DNA from: Macrostomum hystrix | Lineage: Eukaryota > Animalia > Platyhelminthes | Assembly: GCA_950097015.1 (NCBI GenBank) | Contig: CATNEN010000005.1 | Location: 5,270,001-5,334,000, forward strand | Length of the DNA: 64,000 bases | Direction of reading: 5' to 3' | Part shown: positions 60,243 to 64,000 of the stretch, piece after piece | How positions within the stretch are numbered: position 1 is the first letter of the stretch | How the letters are laid out: each line of letters opens with the position of its first letter | Notes under the pieces: model-generated | Seen by the model: only the letters and a program-made list of their open reading frames with translations | The model's database searches: none | What the model was told of the DNA's origin: nothing | Translations under genes and position numbers: made by a program

Positions 60243-61159
60243 ATGAACAGCAGCTCAAATGAATGGTCCCTCTTAGCAGGCAGTAGCCGGCAGAGCAAAT
60301 AGTGAGTAGGTTTTGTAGCGTTGCTGATGCCAGCGCACTGGTTATAGGGGCCAGCCATCATAGATAGGTTACAAAATTTGTCGCACTGAAAGCATTCAGT
60401 GTGTGGCATTGCATTTTTTCTCTCTCACTCTCTCTCTCTCACACTGAGCAAAGTTGAGAACACCCGCCAACGACACTAACAAGCGATGCGGATCTGGGAA
60501 TTCTCGTGTCTAAGGGAACAGAAACCGCCTATATAACATAGGGAGCGTGTGAGAGGGACCTTACTCACAGTCTAGCTGGGTGAAAGGGATGGAAAGTTGC
60601 TAGAGTTCCCTGAGTGGGGAGAGAAGCCCATGAATTATTAGTCATCGTGTTTTAGGTATTTGGTTTAGTGTGAAATGCTAAGATGGAGTTGTGGGACAGG
60701 GGAGAACTGGTATAGCTTGAGTAGTTCTGCCAGCATCTTTCTCTCATTCCCAATTTCTCAGAGTTGAGCTTGCAAAGCTTTCCTGAACATTTCTTCGATT
60801 TTTTTTTGGGTTAGAACAGTGGGCCAGAATCAATGTATCCTAAATTGCAAATATCGCAATTTATAGTTGTGATCTAAAATGTAGCAGCGCCTGAGACATT
60901 TTGCATTTATTTGCACAAGATGTGATGTAAAATGTCTTGCATTATCATTGTCAGCTTTCTAGGACAGAAATTTGAAAATTTCTTGGAAAATATATTTATC
61001 GAAGGTGCGAACGAAGAACAAGGTAAATATCTAATAATGGTTGGCAAATAGTTGCTAGCAAGTGCTAAGGAGACTAAATGTCTTGCTTTGCGTTTTTGTC
61101 TGACTTTCCCTTCCATTCCCTTTCTGCTGCAACTGCGAATAAGTACTAGTTTTCCAAGA

Positions 61160-64000
61160 ATACTGAAATCCTCTTGAAACTCTCACAGAATCCCATAATC
61201 CTCCAGAAACTCTCACAGAATCCCATAATCCTCCAAAACTCTCACAGAATCCCATAATCCTCCAGAAACTCTCACAGAGTCCCATAATCCTCCAGAAACT
61301 CTCACAGAATGCCATAATCCTCCAGAAACTCTCACAGAATCCCATAATCCTCCAGAAACTCTCACAGAATCCCATAATCCTCCAGAAACTCTCACAGAAT
61401 GCCATAATCCTCCAGAAACTCTCACAGAATCCTATAATCCTCCAGAAACTCTCACAGAATCCCACAATCCTCCAGAAACTCTCACAGAATCCCACAATCC
61501 TCTAGAAACTCTCACAGAATCCCACAATCCTCCAGAAACTCTCACAGAATCCCACAATCCTCCAGAAACTCTCACAGAATCCCACAATCCTCCAGAAACT
61601 CTCACAGAATCCCACAATCCTCCAGAAACTCTCACAGAATCCCACAATCCTCCAGAAACTCTCACAGAATCCCATAATCCTCCAGAAACTCTCACAGAAT
61701 CCCACAATCCTCCAGAAGCTCTCACAGAATCCCATAATCCTCCACAAACTCTCAAAGAATCCCATAATCCTCCAGAAACTCTCACAGAGTCCCATAATCC
61801 TCCAGAAACTCTCACAGAATCCCATAATTTTCCAGTAACTCTCACAGAATCCCATAATCCTCCAGAAACTCTCACAGAATCCTATAATCCTCCAGAAACT
61901 CTCACAGAATCCCATAATCCTCCAGAAGCTCTCACAGAATCCCATAATCCTCCAGAAACTCTCACAGAATCCCATAATCCTCTAGAAACTCTCACAGAAT
62001 GCCATAATCCTCCAGAAACTCTCACAGAATCCCATAATCCTCCAGAAACTCTCACAGAATCCCATAATCCTCCAGAAACTCTCACAGAATCCCATAATCC
62101 TCCAGAAACTCTCACAGAATCCCATAATCCTCCAGAAACTCTCACAGAATCCCATAACCCTCCAGAAACTCTCACAGAATCCCATAATCTTCCAGAAACT
62201 CTCACAGAATCCTATAATCCTCCAGAAACTCTCACAGAATCCCACAATCCTCCAGAAACTCTCACAGAATCCCACAATCCTCCAGAAACTCTCACAGAGT
62301 CCCATAATCCTCCAGAAACTCTCACAGAATCCCATAATCCTCCAGAAACTCTCACAGAATCCCATAATCCTCCAGAAGCTCTCACAGAATCCCATAATCC
62401 TCCAGAAACTCTCACAGAATCCCATAATCCTCTAGAAACTCTCACAGAATGCCATAATCCTCCAGAAACTCTCACAGAATCCCATAATCCTCCAGAAACT
62501 CTCACAGAATCCCATAATCCTCCAGAAACTCTCACAGAATCCCATAATCCTCCACAAACTCTCAAAGAATCCCATAATCCTCCAGAAACTCTCACAGAGT
62601 CCCATAATCCTCCAGAAACTCTCACAGAATCCCATAATTTTCCAGTAACTCTCACAGAATCCCATAATCCTCCAGAAACTCTCACAGAATCCCATAATCC
62701 TCCAGAAACTCTCACAGAATCCCATAATCCTCCAGAAACTCTCACAGAATCCCATAATCCTCCAGAAACTCTCACAGAATGCCATAATCCTCCAGAAACT
62801 CTCACAGAATCCTATAATCCTCCAGAAACTCTCACAGAATCCCACAATCCTCCAGAAACTCTCACAGAATCCCACAATCCTCTAGAAACTCTCACAGAAT
62901 CCCACAATCCTCCAGAAACTCTCACAGAATCCCACAATCCTCCAGAAACTCTCACAGAATCCCACAATCCTCCAGAAACTCTCACAGGATCCCATAATCC
63001 TCCAGAAACTCTCACAGAATCCCACAATCCTCCAGAAACTCTCACAGAATCCCATAATCCTCCAGAAACTCTCACAGAATCCCATAATCCTCCAGAAACT
63101 CTCACAGAATCCTATAATCCTCCAGAAACTCTCACAGAATCCCATAATCCTCCAGAAACTCTCACAGAATCCCATAATCCTCCAGAAACTCTCACAGAAT
63201 CCTATAATCCTCCAGAAACTCTCACAGAATCCCATAATCCTCCAGAAGCTCTCACAGAATCCCATAATCCTCCAGAAACTCTCACAGAATCCCATAATCC
63301 TCTAGAAACTCTCACAGAATGCCATAATCCTCCAGAAACTCTCACAGAATCCCATAATCCTCCAGAAACTCTCACAGAATCCCATAATCCTCCAGAAACT
63401 CTCACAGAATCCCATAATCCTCCAGAAACTCTCACAGAATCCCATAATCCTCCAGAAACTCTCACAGAATCCCATAATCCTCCAGAAACTCTCACAGAAT
63501 CCCATAATCTTCCAGAAACTCTCACAGAATCCTATAATCCTCCAGAAACTCTCACACAATCCCATAATCCTCTAGAAACTCTCAGAGAATGCCATAATCC
63601 TCCAGAAACTCTCACAGAATCCCATAATCCTCCAGAAACTCTCACAGAATCCCATAATCCTCCAGAAACTCTCACAGAATCCCATAATCCTCCAGAAACT
63701 CTCACAGAATCCCATAATCCTCCAGAAACTCTCACAGAATCCTATAATCCTCCAGAAACTCTCACAGAATCCTATAATCCTCCAGAAACTCTCACAGAAT
63801 CCCATAATCCTCCAGAAACTCTCACAGAATCCCACAATCCTCTAGAAACTCTCACAGAATCCCACAATCCTCCAGAAACTCTCACAGAATCCCATAATCC
63901 TCCAGAAACTCTCACAGAATCCCACAATCCTCCAGAAACTCTCACAGAATCCCATAATCCTCCACAAACTCTCAAAGAATCCCATAATCCTCCAGAAACT
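61160..64000. repeat. 30-bp minisatellite CTCACAGAATCCCATAATCCTCCAGAAACT running off the right edge
   Basis: Visible array with recurring variant blocks. Confidence 0.97.

Noticed and set aside
59843-60409. ORF with a Cys-containing N-terminus (possible zinc finger) plus DEGRVG repeats
   Set aside because: The Cys/His spacing does not fit a recognised finger, and two thirds of the ORF is minisatellite.
61055-63975. Many GFCESFWRIM / RVSGGLWDSV ORFs
   Set aside because: They are frames of the 30-bp array, repeatedly broken by TAG variants.

Overview
Eukaryotic (animal) genomic DNA, not prokaryotic. It has spliced GC-rich exons, AT-rich spacers and roughly a third of the window in locus-specific minisatellites. 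This style resembles a free-living flatworm such as Macrostomum, which is an inference only. Six protein-coding genes could be reconstructed by hand with consistent splice phases: the 5' part of gcm (minus strand, runs off the left edge), a glomulin-like gene (+), COQ9 (+), an NPF/NPY-type neuropeptide precursor (+), a ~3560-aa apolipophorin/apoB/vitellogenin-type large lipid transfer protein (-) and a ROR receptor tyrosine kinase (-). There are also about 9 copies or fragments of one tRNA-derived SINE family, a second SINE with a CORE/Meta-like central domain, and about 16 tandem arrays. The most unusual item is the neuropeptide gene. It is intronless, encodes two NPF-like RPRFamide peptides in tandem and lies on the same strand inside the last intron of COQ9. 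Several introns also carry tandem repeats built from their own splice junctions. No CRISPR array, rRNA or intact tRNA gene was found. All family calls come from motif recognition; no database searches were run.
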